Source: Ascidiella aspersa (Eukaryota). Taken from it: a DNA stretch of 64,000 bases. A model generated the notes under the pieces. That model was not told where the DNA came from and ran no database searches. It worked only from the letters and a program-made list of their open reading frames with translations. Shown here piece after piece: positions 1 to 12,019 of the stretch; positions within the stretch are counted from its first letter, which is position 1; the number at the start of each line of letters is the position of its first letter. The position numbers and the translations under genes were made by a program. The stretch spans positions 32,922,001 to 32,986,000 of the forward strand of contig OZ004609.1 in assembly GCA_963924565.1 (NCBI GenBank), written 5' to 3'.

Positions 1-19
1 CCCCCACACGGACCCTTAC

Positions 20-2884
20 CCCGCTGGGTGAAGTGTAGCTTGCAATGATACCCATCGGGTAAATCTAAAAAGAAACAAGGCTTCTTTTAGAGTTTTGTAA
101 TAAGCATACAACGGGCGGAAGTTTAACTCTTCAACACGTGAAGGGTTGTTAGTGTTACATCCATTTTCCAATAATTGCTGATTTTTATTAGAGTTAGACA
201 GTCGTGCGGCAATCGTTGTGAATTGACTAATTTTTTGGTCGTTCATTTAGTGCTGACCATTGTTGACGACGTTTTGTCGCTATTTTGTGCAAAAAGACAA
301 CATTTCCTGCATGAAAAGATCTTGGTGAAGTGAGTTTTACACATGTTCTGCGACCCTGATAACCTGTCAACAAGCAAAATGTAACTTCTGCCGGGGTTTA
401 CTGCGATGACCTAAGTCAGTCTTTCTCAACCAATGGGTAGCCGCTTAAATTTGTTTGGTTCACCGATTGCACACGATAACTTGATTTGATTTTTGTATAT
501 TTTTTATAAACATAACTTCTTCAAAGTTTGACACAATTGCGGAAGCAATATGAAGATATGAAAATCAAACTTAAAATTGTTTGTCCCAATTTTGTATTTG
601 TGTTTTGGTCACTTTAAGCTTACAAAAAGTTCTGGGTAGAGGATTGGGTCGCCAAATCTTGTCTGTATTCTTTCGCTTGTTAATTGGTTCGCCGCGAAAA
701 AGGTTTGAGAAACACTGGCCTTATAGTGGTTAATTCGCCCAAATTTAAATGACTTTTTTATGTGAGAACGTTTCTTAAAGTGTTTTTTATTACTTGTATT
801 GAAATGTGTTTAACCAAATATTTAATAGTTTCTTGTAATCGGAATAAATTATCAATTTTTGGCTCTCTAAATATGCCTTAACTGGGACTCGTCTTCAGTA
901 TTTCGGTTGTGACTTAATTGTTATATATTAAAAAATACGTGACTTGGATCCACGTTATTTTACAAACGTCTTGACTGAGTCTTAGATCATTTGAAAAATG
1001 ACTTGTTTACAACAGTGATTACTATATTATGACGTAATAGTGACCTGTCCATCCAATCCGCATCGTCTCGGGTGTCCGATGTTTCTGGTCACGTGCACAG
1101 AGAGTGTTCCCAAGCCGTTGAAGTCGGTAATCACGTTCTTGCTCATTTCCAGGGCGTCTTGGGGCCACGACAGGTACGGGTCGCACTGATTCTGTTGGGG
1201 CGAGACAAAAATCAAGCAAACAGGGCAAACGCGTGTTTCTGGCGGCAAAAATATCTGTTGGCGCATGAAAAAACAATAGTAGACAAGGCAAACATGTTTT
1301 TAGGAGCAAAATACAGACTGGTAAAAATAATTTTTATATTTTGTTTAGGACCACCTGTTATCAATTAAGTTGGAAAATTTAAGATCAATGCAAGTTTTCA
1401 TGTAATTTGAAAAATAGGGATAAAATGAAAGAACGTACGCAGTTTAAAACGATAGATTTGATTCGTTTTAAGTGTACTTAATATTTTTTGTTGCACAATT
1501 TTAAATTTAGATATTGCGAAACTCCCTGTTAATGCTGTTGTACGAAGCGCGTCTAAATAAAAATAAATTTTAGGCCAATTTTCACTTTTAATAGTTTCTG
1601 GACCGAAAATTGAAGGTATTTTAAGTTTACTTGTTCAATAACGTCATCTGTAAAAAAGACTTACGCCGATCCTGGTCGAGACAAACCAAAAAATTAAATA
1701 ATCTTAAATATTATCTAATGAATGATTATTACTTGTAACTTTTTGAGGGTCGCGTTTTGGGCTTTAGGCTGACGAAAAATGTGACAATTGTCGTCTGGCC
1801 AGGTTTCAACAATTCAGCATCGCACTGAATTTTTTTGTACTTTAAACCACAACAGAAGGAAGTGAATACAAGTGTCTTCTTGGTGGCATCATGCTATGGT
1901 GAAATTACTCAAAATAAAAAGTCGAGGATTCTCTACTAGCTATTTGACTGCTACGAAAAATTGGGCTTTAAACTTTTTTCTTCACTTTTGTAATTTTTAA
2001 ATCAGCGACGATTGTGATGGCGCTCATTACTTGGTATGTAAGTTTGTGTTTTTATAATTTACCTGGTTAAAGACAAGTATAATTTTGAAACGGGGCTAAG
2101 AAAAAACACTAAGCATTAATAAAACATTTGGAAACCATACTACATTTGTTATATTCTGACTGGCCAAAAAACTAAGGTTGTATCTTGATGGATCGAAATT
2201 ATCGGCAGAAATTTTTGTCGATCAATGCTAAGATATCATATGTGTCGCATAAGGGCAGCAACAGTTTCCTTATTCGAAAGTATTTCATAAATATTTTTTT
2301 AAGCAAACGTCCAATCAGGCTTTTCTCGGCAAGTTAAGTTTTAATTGTTCAAGTACACGTTAGCGGGTCAGTAACAGCAAAACATGAATGTTCTTCAATG
2401 TCTTCGTATCCATCAAAAGTAGATTCTCGTACTGATTGAAAAAATACGACGTAACACTGCATACGTTTCAATCGCAAAACACGCAGCAAAAAAAAAAAAA
2501 AAAGTTTATCCCAATGTTTTTTACAAACTAACCTTCGGGTCATAAACGCACTTGGTCTTTGAATTCGACTTTTTCACGGCACTTAAATCAAGCCTGGCTC
2601 CCTGAAGAGGCCTTCCGAAGCTAGTGACCAAGGTGGGAATCTTCCATGTTTGTCCTCGACTCAGGCGGTGGGTAAATTCACCCATCGTCTGCGAGTAAAA
2701 CTTTTAAGTTAAAAAACCTGCGATTATCTCGGTCAGAGTTGTGGTCCAGTCATTAACATAGAAAGCTAAAAACAAAGTGAATTCCATAAACATAATATAA
2801 AACAAGTCGCAATTGAAATATCCAAACTATAACAGACAATTGTATAGCACAATTACATTAATCCATGTATAGGGGTGGTAAATA

Positions 2885-2921
<37 letters not shown>

Positions 2922-5900
2922 CATGCGTCGGTATTCCGCCCTATGCTATTTGACCATGACGATTTACAGTGAGCGGCGGCCTTAGCGGTTGCGAAATTAC
3001 TTCTGCATAAGCGCACGTCACACACGGGTTTTGAGTAGTCTTATTAATCCGACTTCTGCCAAATTGACTGCATGACTCCGTCAAGTCGCGAGCCCGACTC
3101 TGACTCGGAAGCCCTGGTGTACACTTTATGAAACTTGGCGTACGAAATCACCTTAAAATTCAAACCGAACGGGTTTTCCAGTGCCACCACGTTGCACCTG
3201 CCCACACTGTTGCCGTTGTACTCGTAGCAGTGGTGTGGTAACATATCGCAAAGATCATAGCGGAGGCGCCGGCTACGGTCGGAAAATTCATTGGCCAAGG
3301 CGGAGCGGTTGACCAGGGCCACGCGGTGGTCAGTTAAGGCATCTAGGATTCTATCAGGTGTTCCATGAAGTGGCAGCTGTACTATCCCACCAAGATAGTG
3401 GTACCTTAAGATGAATAGCAGGTTTAGTACATGTCTAAAAATCGGTTGACCACTGTAAAAAAGAGATCGGTTGAAAACGTTGCTCCGTTAAAAGTGTGAT
3501 CAGGCAAAGGGGCTACTTTACGAGGCTATTCTATTCTGCTTACAGTTAAATTGTTTTTGATTAAAGTAGCTCGCAGTTTGTATTCGAATTTGAGACATGG
3601 CGTTTAAAAAAAACAAGTGTCATACTAGTGTCACCAAGTTGTGCTACAAGTGTTATTAAAACTAAAATATACAGCATTACTCTAAAAACTATATCTTTCA
3701 AGACAAAGCTTAGGATTAGAGGAATCGTCTCGTACGCTATTTATTTTTATGTACACAAACAGGGCCTTTAGGCGTGAAGGATACTCTACCAGTAGTCGTT
3801 CTGGTGGACACGGTCCAGAGCGCCTCCTGTGGTCATTAAATAAAAATGATAACCGCCGCAAGAGAGCGCTCGCGAGTAGCAGTCGTGGCCTTGGTCTTTG
3901 CAAAGGTCTCGATGCGTGAGAACGGCGAAATCTACGTGCTTCAGCGTTGAGAATTTGAAACCTTCGTTGAAGTTGCTTTTCACCACAAAAGACAGGTCGG
4001 CGACAATTTGCTGTGGAATGCAAGACAACTTTGGTAAATCCTGTAAGAAGGAAAATTACTGAAAACACATTTCGCTTTCCGAAGTCTTGGTTTCGTGGTT
4101 TTTAACTTTACAGCGCATGATTAGTAAAGTGCATCAAAAATGAAAAGTAACACAATATACCATATGTCTCTAAGTTAAACCGGTGATGTTTTTTTTACTA
4201 TTTAAAGTCAATGATGAAGAATGTCTGATTTTCATGGCCGTGTGGAATACATTTTAAAGTATTTACGTGGAAAATGAATAAAGAAATGTTCTAACGTTCA
4301 AAATCAAATATGCTGTAGCAACAAACCCGCACCATTTCCCGCAGGTCTAAGTTGAATGGGACTTCCCATTTGGGGTCCAGATTAGGCGTGTGCGTTCTCA
4401 TCACCCGACCACCCCAAAGATTGACCGGGTCGTCTGATGACGTCATCCCAATGGTGCCGGTCAACCGACCGCTCCTTAACTCGTACACGCTGAGTAAATA
4501 AAAAAAGTTACGTCATTTAAGTGTCTGAATGTATCAGTTTGGATTCGATATTCAACAATACGATATGGAATGCCAAAATATTTTTTCTTACACACAATTT
4601 TGGCAAATCCCAAATATCAAGCGGAACTGTAAATCGTTTTTATAGACATATGTCAAACTGTAGCTGTTTGGTTTATTGTAGTTGTATTAAATCAAATGTA
4701 TATGTTAAAACAAAGTTTACTCCGTAGTATAGGTATCGCGAATTTGCCGACTTTTGTTGTTAATTTCGAACAAACTAATTTCGAAACGCTACTATATTTT
4801 ACGTTTGCCAGCCTTAAGTTTCCAAACTTGGTATTATCAAGTTATAGCATATCGTAAACAAGCAGTCTTAGGCAAGTCACATAGTGACGTTCTCTTTCGA
4901 ATATAGCTTGTAGTTAATATATAAATTGTTGTTGCCAGGCATAATATTAAGCAAAAACAGCTCTTGTAATAATTATATTCTCCAACGATTCGCCACCCTA
5001 TTCAAGTTGCCTTCTTCAGTCTTATCGCGTTGTTGCTAGCGTATTTTCTTTTCGTTTTTTTTCTTTATGTTTTGTCATACGATAAGCGTTTGACGTCATT
5101 TATCCTGAAAGCGACTTGTATAGGTTTGCCAAGACGTTGAAAAGAAATCAAATCACAAGATGAGCTGCTTTTTTGAATAAAAGTTTGTATTTATTTATTT
5201 AAGCTGTGGTTCAAGCGGCAAAATGAAATCGCTAGAAAAACGAATAATAAAGAAAAAGAAGGGCGGTTACTTTCAGTACTAGTTTTATCAAGAAACTTAC
5301 AAATTGTCCAGTACAAAAGAGATCGAAAGGGAACTGGAATTCTTGAACTGGCTTTTATATTTGTCATTCAGCCATTCCACGTTCACCAACTTGCTCTTGA
5401 GGTTGGGGGACATTCCAAGATCCCCAGAACTGCAACGAAATTACGTCGGTGGTACTTAACCTTGTGAAAAAGGTTAAGAAAACAACGCAGTGCTGTTTTG
5501 AAATTACTAAAAGTGTCTTAAAGGTGCCACACGTGAGGAAGGAGGGGGGGGGTATTTTCTTTTTTCCGAAACGATCATTTTTTTTACACGGAACGATTGA
5601 AAATTTTTAGAAATGGCATCACAAAGTTAGCAAGTAATTTTGAGAAACCGCGATAACCCAATTTGCAACAAAATAATTAGAAGTAGAATAACGCCTTTTC
5701 AGCTTAGGCTACATTAACCACTATAGTCTTTTCATAAACATTATTCGAAAGTACTAAAATACAAATTTAGGGCTGCGAGCTTCCTACATTTTTTGGCAAT
5801 TTGCAATTAGGTGGAAAAACTGTTAGGGGAGTAAATTCCATTTTTCCATTTTCTTAGACTGAGCTAGGTTATCAAACCACGTTAATCAAAACACTCAAAA

Positions 5901-8900
5901 CTAAACTAAAAACAAATTGAACATGTTAAGTTTTCGTCAAAAAATGAAAAAAGCCGTACACAGGGTAACTCCAATTTTTTTCGTATCCACCATCGACAAA
6001 GACTACTTCGCGTCATTATAACTCCATGGCGTGACAAATACAATTTAGGCTGTTTCATATTTTGCAGAATTATAAGGCATTGTTTAAATGTGAAACTAGA
6101 GTAAATCTGGTCAAGAAAACTGCTGACGCAGCGGACTGACTTTAAGTCACCACATCCGTTTTATTGGGTGTCAGCTTAATGCCGAGTGGCACCGGCTAAC
6201 GGTAAAGCACACCAACAGGTCCCATGTATTGGCCGGGTCAGTGCTGGGACTTTAGCAGCCCAAATTGCATAACGCCATACAAGCAATGACAAGTACAATT
6301 AACTAATACTAAATGCCCGTTTACACTACAGCTGCACCGGGCGTGAAATTATTTTCACTACAGCTGCAGTGAGCTGCGCTCAGCGTAAAAATCGCTCCAA
6401 AACGAAACGTGTTTCAATAGCTGCCCTGGGCTTAAGTTTAGCAAATCGTAACTTTAAGCTAGCTGCAGCTGCTGTACCGGGCTTGAGTTTAGCAAAGCAT
6501 GAAACGCTCGCCACAATAGATTTTAAATGCAAATTACGCTTTGCTCAGCTCATTTCAGCTGTAGTTTAAGCGGGCCTTAACAGTACAAAGTAGCACCAAC
6601 CCGGTCAATAACTTGAACTTGATATTCTTACCCCGGAAAACGGTAAGTGTTGTAGTGAATCTGAGCGGGAAGCATCAGAGCTTTCAACACGCCGTCCACC
6701 ACTAGGTGGTATCCTATCACTTGGGATGCTTCTTGCCAATCAGGATCAAGATCCACCATCCGCCCATGGCTAACACCTGAGCGAAGAAGTCGAGAAAAAA
6801 TGTGGGTATTTTCGGTTTTCTTCCTATACTATAAGACCCAAGAAAACCCACAAAGGTTTAATTGCTGAACTACATTGAGCCTGAAGGATGCATTATGTCT
6901 GATTAAAAACTTTAATCTGTAAAACGGAAACTTAAACAGCTTCGTGCTGCTTTATCATTAATTAATCTCAGGCCTAATTTTGTTCAATAAAAAAGGTCAT
7001 TAAAATTGGTGATGTTCGATACTTGACATTTTAATCGGATCCCGGTATCCTCCTATCAAGACAAAACGAACGCGATCCGATCAGATATCCTAATGCTAAA
7101 TCAAACACAATTGTTTAAACTAAGATAATTTTTGTTCAGATTATATTAAGCCGAAGTTCGTTTTAGTATTAAGAAGTTTGAATACCATAAGTTGTTGTCC
7201 TCCTAGTTTTTTGATGAATTTACCTTTCAAGGCATAATTGCTAAATTGTGTGACAAATCAAATACCACTTCAGCCGATACCACCCTAGTACACGGACAAG
7301 TACCGATACTTCTAATTGGTATCGGCCAAGGTTCGATATTGTCGTACAAAGGTTTTTTTAAGGTTTGGTTTGGGTGAACGCTAAGTAGTTTTATGAGACC
7401 GCAAGTGTTTCATTTAAATACCAAAAAGAAGTCCAAAATTTGGGAAACCGCTGGAGAAATTTGTTTCGGTCCCCCAAAACACTTTAAAAAAAACACTGAT
7501 CGTACATCCCTAATTTAATTTCGATATGTTCCCCTTTGCAATGACGATAACTTTAATTTTTAAGGACAAATACCCCCCCAAAAGGTTTGGCGCAATTACT
7601 ACTCACCGCCTACTGAACGCATGGTCGCACCCCGGCACTTTTTCGTTGGCTCAAAGCACTCCGCAACTGTGTAGGTCTTTTCAAAATAAAAGTGCCCGTT
7701 TCCCATCGGATTGCCTGACATGGCATCATGCATGTAGAGCTGAAATGGATTAGTCAAAAGAAATTGAATTACCATATCGAAAATAATAACGTATCGAAAA
7801 AAGAGCAGCGGTATAGTTACTTTCAAAGAAGCGATTGAAAATCATTTAGCAAAGGTTTGGCAATATTCTTTGTGCTCGATACTTACCTGCTTACTAGAAA
7901 AAATGCAGCACGTTTAACTTTTTATTAGACGTTTAAAATAAATTATATCACGATAACTTTGTGTTATTTTGTCATTAAAGTTTCGCAAGTCTTAATTTGG
8001 TAATTTGTTTTAATAAAATGTTCAAGTGAATGATAAAAGCGATTAAAAACAAAAAATGGACAAAAGTAACAGGGAAAGAATGCGATGTATATAGGTCAGT
8101 CACAGTGTTGTAAAAAAGTGATTTTAAAATGACTTAAGTTCCAGTCGAATCCGTTTAAATAAATGACCATTCAAGTCCCAGTCAAGTCGTATTTAGACCA
8201 AGTCAACTATATGTCACGCCCTTCTCATAAAAATGCAAAGTTAAGCTATTAAGATTGTTAAACTCCTATGACTATAAGAAATAACTGAACTAAAAAATAA
8301 GAAAAACACATCATACAACAAGCAAATGTGCAAAAATTAGGATAAATAACACAATTTTATAAAAAGATACCTAATGAAAACATTTCATTTCAGCCCATTT
8401 ACCCAAAAGACTTGAGTCGAGTAAAGTCAGTTTGCCCAGAAGACTTAAGTCAAGTCAAGTAATTTGAAATCAGTGATTAAGTGCACTTTATTGACTTGTC
8501 ATTACAACACTGGTCAGTCAGTACCACTCGGATTACTTTGGTTACAATAGAAAAAAGAACGATCCAATGTGACTTTGTGTTCGAACTCACTCACATCGCC
8601 TCTATGCAATGCCATCCTCTGCCTGTATGTGTTGCAAGTCGGACAGAAGGCTTCCATGTTGAAGTAGCAGCGTATGTTGTTGGTGGTGGGCGTGCTGGCA
8701 ACAAACCGTCCGTAGAAGTGAATCCGGGGCCAGCCTAAGTAAGCTGTAAAACAGAGGGAGTTTCCTCAATTTTCCTGAATTCTTGAATTTGTAAAAACAG
8801 TTTTTCACGGGTTCGACTGTTTAGTAAGACTCGACTGTTTAGTAAGAAGCCATGTTGTTTTTCAAAGTCAAGTAAATACAACAAACATAATGATGGTACA

Positions 8901-11502
8901 TTTTTTAACCCAATTTAAATAAAATAAAATTATTTAGCGTTCATTTATCATAGAGCAGGGGTTGGCAATTATTATTGACAAGGGTCCGCATGGCTAGAAT
9001 AGAAATGTGTTGGCGGGCCGGATACGAAGGGAATTTAAAATACACAAAATATTCCCAAAACACGTGGACGTATTTCTGTTAAAAGTTTTTATAAAAAGTA
9101 AGTTTGCTTCGCGGGCCGGATTCTGCCTGTGGTTTGCCAGTTCTGCTTTGTGCAACAGCTGGAACCTTCGCTTCTTAAACGAATGTAAGTTGTTATGACT
9201 GTTGACTTTAGTTATTTTTTCAGCTTTTTGGCTATACAAGATAGAATTTATTTTTAACAAATCAAGGTGATCTGGCATAGTAAGCTGTTGCTTTTAAAGT
9301 CTAATGTTTAAACGGCGATTAGGATGTATGTGAATGTATTTAAAAAAAAAGACGAACTATCCTGACAAATGGCTCTGTTTCGGAAATTCAGCATAATAGA
9401 AATTTATTTAATGCTAAGTTTCAAATAGTTTAGAAAATTAAGTCATTGGCAAATGCTACTTTTACTTACTTTGAACAGTTCTAAGTTGTGAGCTGTTTAA
9501 CAGATTTAATTATCAACAGCAGAGTATCTGACTCTAATGAGCGGCGTTTATAATAAACCGCAGATTAAACTGCGATTCAAAAACCTGTTTCCTTATCGAG
9601 ACCATACATTTACAACAGCATAGTGTTAAGGACATATTTTGTTTCAATCAAACTTCCCTATCTCTATAGCTCAAGCTAACATAATTTTAAAACCACCTTC
9701 ACTACAGGCCAAAGCAATAAATAAATACCATACTAATATACGTTATTTGGACAGTTGTTGGACAGTCTGTATTTAAGTCTCTCTGTTTCTTAAACCTATA
9801 CAAATAGGTATACGAACAGGTTTTCTAAAATTAGGTAATATCTGCGGCTAAATGAGAATCTACAGTAAGAGACATCACTGGTTTAGCAACTACAGATACG
9901 GCTGACAAACAGTTTTCTTACAAGGACATATGGCGTCGTAACAATTCTTTTGTTTTTTCCATCCGCCTTTGCACCGGTGTTGTCCTACCATAAGGTGGCG
10001 GTAGCACGACCTCGTTCGAACCTGAATTCCCTTGTCACAAGAGGCGCTACAGGTACTCCATTTCGACCAACGCGACCAAGCTGAAAAAAGAAGTTATGCA
10101 GTTCTCTGAATCAGTCGAATTGCCTGATTTCTAAACATAGATTACCAGCTGTGTGTTTAGCTTAAAGCAGCGATTCTTCAACTTTTTTATCATGCGGACC
10201 CCTTATGATTTCTTGGCATATTGCCGGATCCTTATACCCTATTGGAATATTGGCGGTCCCCTTTATAAAAAAAAATAAAAATTTGCAGTAAAATAAGTAC
10301 TCTTAACAACCAGTTCGGTCATACTCACAATACTTTTTGTACACACGCTTACAAACGATTCATTATCAAAAGAATCCAATAACAAAATATTTTGGGAAAA
10401 AATATATGTATATTTTTTTTAGGCTTTCCAGGTTTTCGACCTTTCCTCACTGGAGATCTGGACGTTTTAAAGGTGCAAAATGTGTAAGTCGTAAAAAAGA
10501 AAACAATCGCGATTTGATGGTGTGAAAATGGTTAAATGCTTAGTTGCCATAGGACGCCCTAACTCAAGTTAAGGAATGCTGGGAATTCGCTTTTTTTAAT
10601 CTTTGTACAAATGAATATCAGAGATTTCTTACTCGGAAGTTTTTTTTTAAACAGTAAGTTTATTTTTATTTTGTAATATAACACCTAAACCAGGGGTCGG
10701 CAACCTACGGCCCGCGGACCGGATCCGGCCCGCCGATGTAATTCATCCGGCCCGCCGCCTCTTTGACAAATTAGACGCGAGTCTATTTTACAAACTCTTC
10801 TATAACTAATTGTGAAAAAAAATTCGCGAATGTTCTTTATACGTCCAGTGTGTTTAGGTTTATAGATGCTGCTTTTGAAAGTAGATCAGCGCTTCTTTAC
10901 CGTTGCGCCAGGAAAGGCTGCCAAGTGCGTCGCGCCAAAACGGAAAACGTATTAAAAAATATTGGACATATATTTTTTAACATATTTTTCCGCATTGCAA
11001 TAAAAACGTGTGAACTCGAATTTTAAACCAAACAAACGTTTTTTTTTCGCGCTTTGCGTCAACACTGCCTCTGTAAATGTAATTAACGTTTAAAGTGCAA
11101 AAAATATCCGTCTGATCCACAGTTGTTCTAACATTTAAATAACACAATTATGAGTTATCATTTTGTGCGGCCCGCAAAGACCTTTCTGAGTTTGGTTTTG
11201 GCCCGCGACTAGAAAAACGTTGCCGACCCCTGATCTAAACAAACTAATTTTCGGTTTACCAAGTTTTTCTGATTAAACTGAACAGTAAATTATTTAAAAC
11301 CTATGTTTTACTCCCAGACGCACTTAAAAAACGGCCATTTAAACCGGCTTAAAACGAATTGACTTTTTCTATTATGACAGAATAGGCTTCCAGCTTTTTG
11401 ACCTGGCCACTCACCGCTTGCGTTTGTTCCACTGGTGAACAATAGAGCTGCCAGCGTTGCGAGTGAAGCAATAGAAAGGAAAGACCGACAGACAATACGC
11501 AT
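20..11502 (-). CDS. Secreted protein: signal peptide + TSP1 repeat + VioB/RebD/StaD-like domain; 3' end lies beyond the left edge
   Basis: 13 GT-AG exons with matching phases: 11502-11415, 10080-9922, 8743-8595, 7739-7607, 6776-6632, 5429-5301, 4489-4333, 4040-3790, 3404-3152, 2688-2552, 1671-1665, 1191-1045, 64-20 (1800 nt, 600 codons, no stop). Exon 1 MRIVCRSFLSIASLATLAALLFTSGTNAS is signal-peptide-like. Exon 2 WSRWSKWSTCSASCDKGIQVRTRSC...C...C....CP is a TSP1 repeat. Downstream motifs YLGWPRIHFYGRFVASTPTTNN, GNPMGNGHFYFE, GRMVDLDPDWQEASQVIG, LTGTIG...GGRVMR, NDYWYHYLGGIVQLPL parallel VioB as I recall it. Confidence 0.85.
4918..5175. mobile_element. Degenerate fold-back element with decayed hammerhead-like cores (Penelope-like/retrozyme remnant)
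   Basis: Shares ccaggcat...aaaaacagctc...ccaacg and ttgtataggtt...acgttg...gagctg..tttttg with the element at 59527-59706; minus strand reads CTGAAGAAGGCAACTTGAATAGGGTGGCGAATCGTTGG. Confidence 0.5.
6313..6577. mobile_element. PIF/Harbinger (Tourist)-type MITE
   Basis: Terminal inverted repeats (TIRs) (a)tgcccgtttacactacagctg / cagctgtagtttaagcgggcct flanked by TAA on both sides; second copy at 55568-55823. Confidence 0.8.
8103..8512. mobile_element. hAT-type MITE rich in (agtca/gactt) motifs
   Basis: TIR cagtgttgtaa / ttacaacactg with 8-bp TSD gtcagtca at 8095-8102 and 8513-8520. Confidence 0.7.
10691..11232. mobile_element. hAT-type MITE
   Basis: TIR caggggtcggcaac / gttgccgacccctg; 8-bp TSD acctaaac / atctaaac (1 mismatch); internal cggcccgc motifs. 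Confidence 0.8.
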
Positions 11503-11951
11503 CTCCAAACCTCCTATTGGGGCCTATATCGGCACAACACGGACTAGTTTCGATACGAAAAAACTAAAAGTAAAACAATCATTAAAGTAGTTTTCTTGTT
11601 TAGGAAACAAACACTGGAAATAAAGGAAAAGTTTGGGATGTCACTTTGTTTTCTATTTAATTCGAAAATAATATATATATTTGTGACTTTAATTGAAATC
11701 AAATTGCGTTGACTTCAGCACTGTACAAGTCTGTTTGGAGCAGAGTTGACGCAGGATATGAGCAAGTAAAACCGACCGTTAATACAAGGGCGAGAACCAA
11801 AGGCTAGTCAGCAAAATAATTCTGGCAGATTATTTTACGCCCAAATAAACTTATTTAAATTTTACCAACGTCTCAATATGGCCTATATTTTTTAAATTAA
11901 AAAAAAATAAGTTTTGTTTTGGCGTTAAATATCTGCCATAAATGTTTTTAC

Positions 11952-12019
11952 GGGCTTAACAGTACTGTCAGCGTTGCGAGTTAAGCATTGGAAAGAAACG
12001 ATTGACGGACAATGCGCAT
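11952..12019 (-). pseudogene. Degenerate duplicate of the signal-peptide exon of the VioB-like gene
   Basis: Reads MRIVRQSFLSNA*LATLTVLL versus functional MRIVCRSFLSIASLATLAALL; TAA at 11983-11981; upstream sequence is also duplicated (11710-11810 vs 12218-12340). Confidence 0.7.

Noticed and set aside
16-363. Possible exon at the acceptor near 363 and the 76-aa ORF 16-246
   Set aside because: The required phase hits TAA after 8 codons; exon 64-20 gives the expected DGQ-IY continuation.
3044-3151. ORF-track tail VISYAKFHKVYTRASESESGSRL...
   Set aside because: Read-through past the AAG|GTGATT donor into an intronic repeat; splicing at 3152 continues the conserved frame.
3786-4040. YSRALSCGGYHFYL resembling a MATH/TRAF motif
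   Set aside because: It is a Cys-rich insertion between ordered VioB-like motifs; no other MATH features.
6369-6569. Similar ORFs MSCAQRKNRSK (6369) and MSCAGRKNRSK (55767)
   Set aside because: Two copies of the Harbinger-type MITE, starting at GTG; not a gene family.
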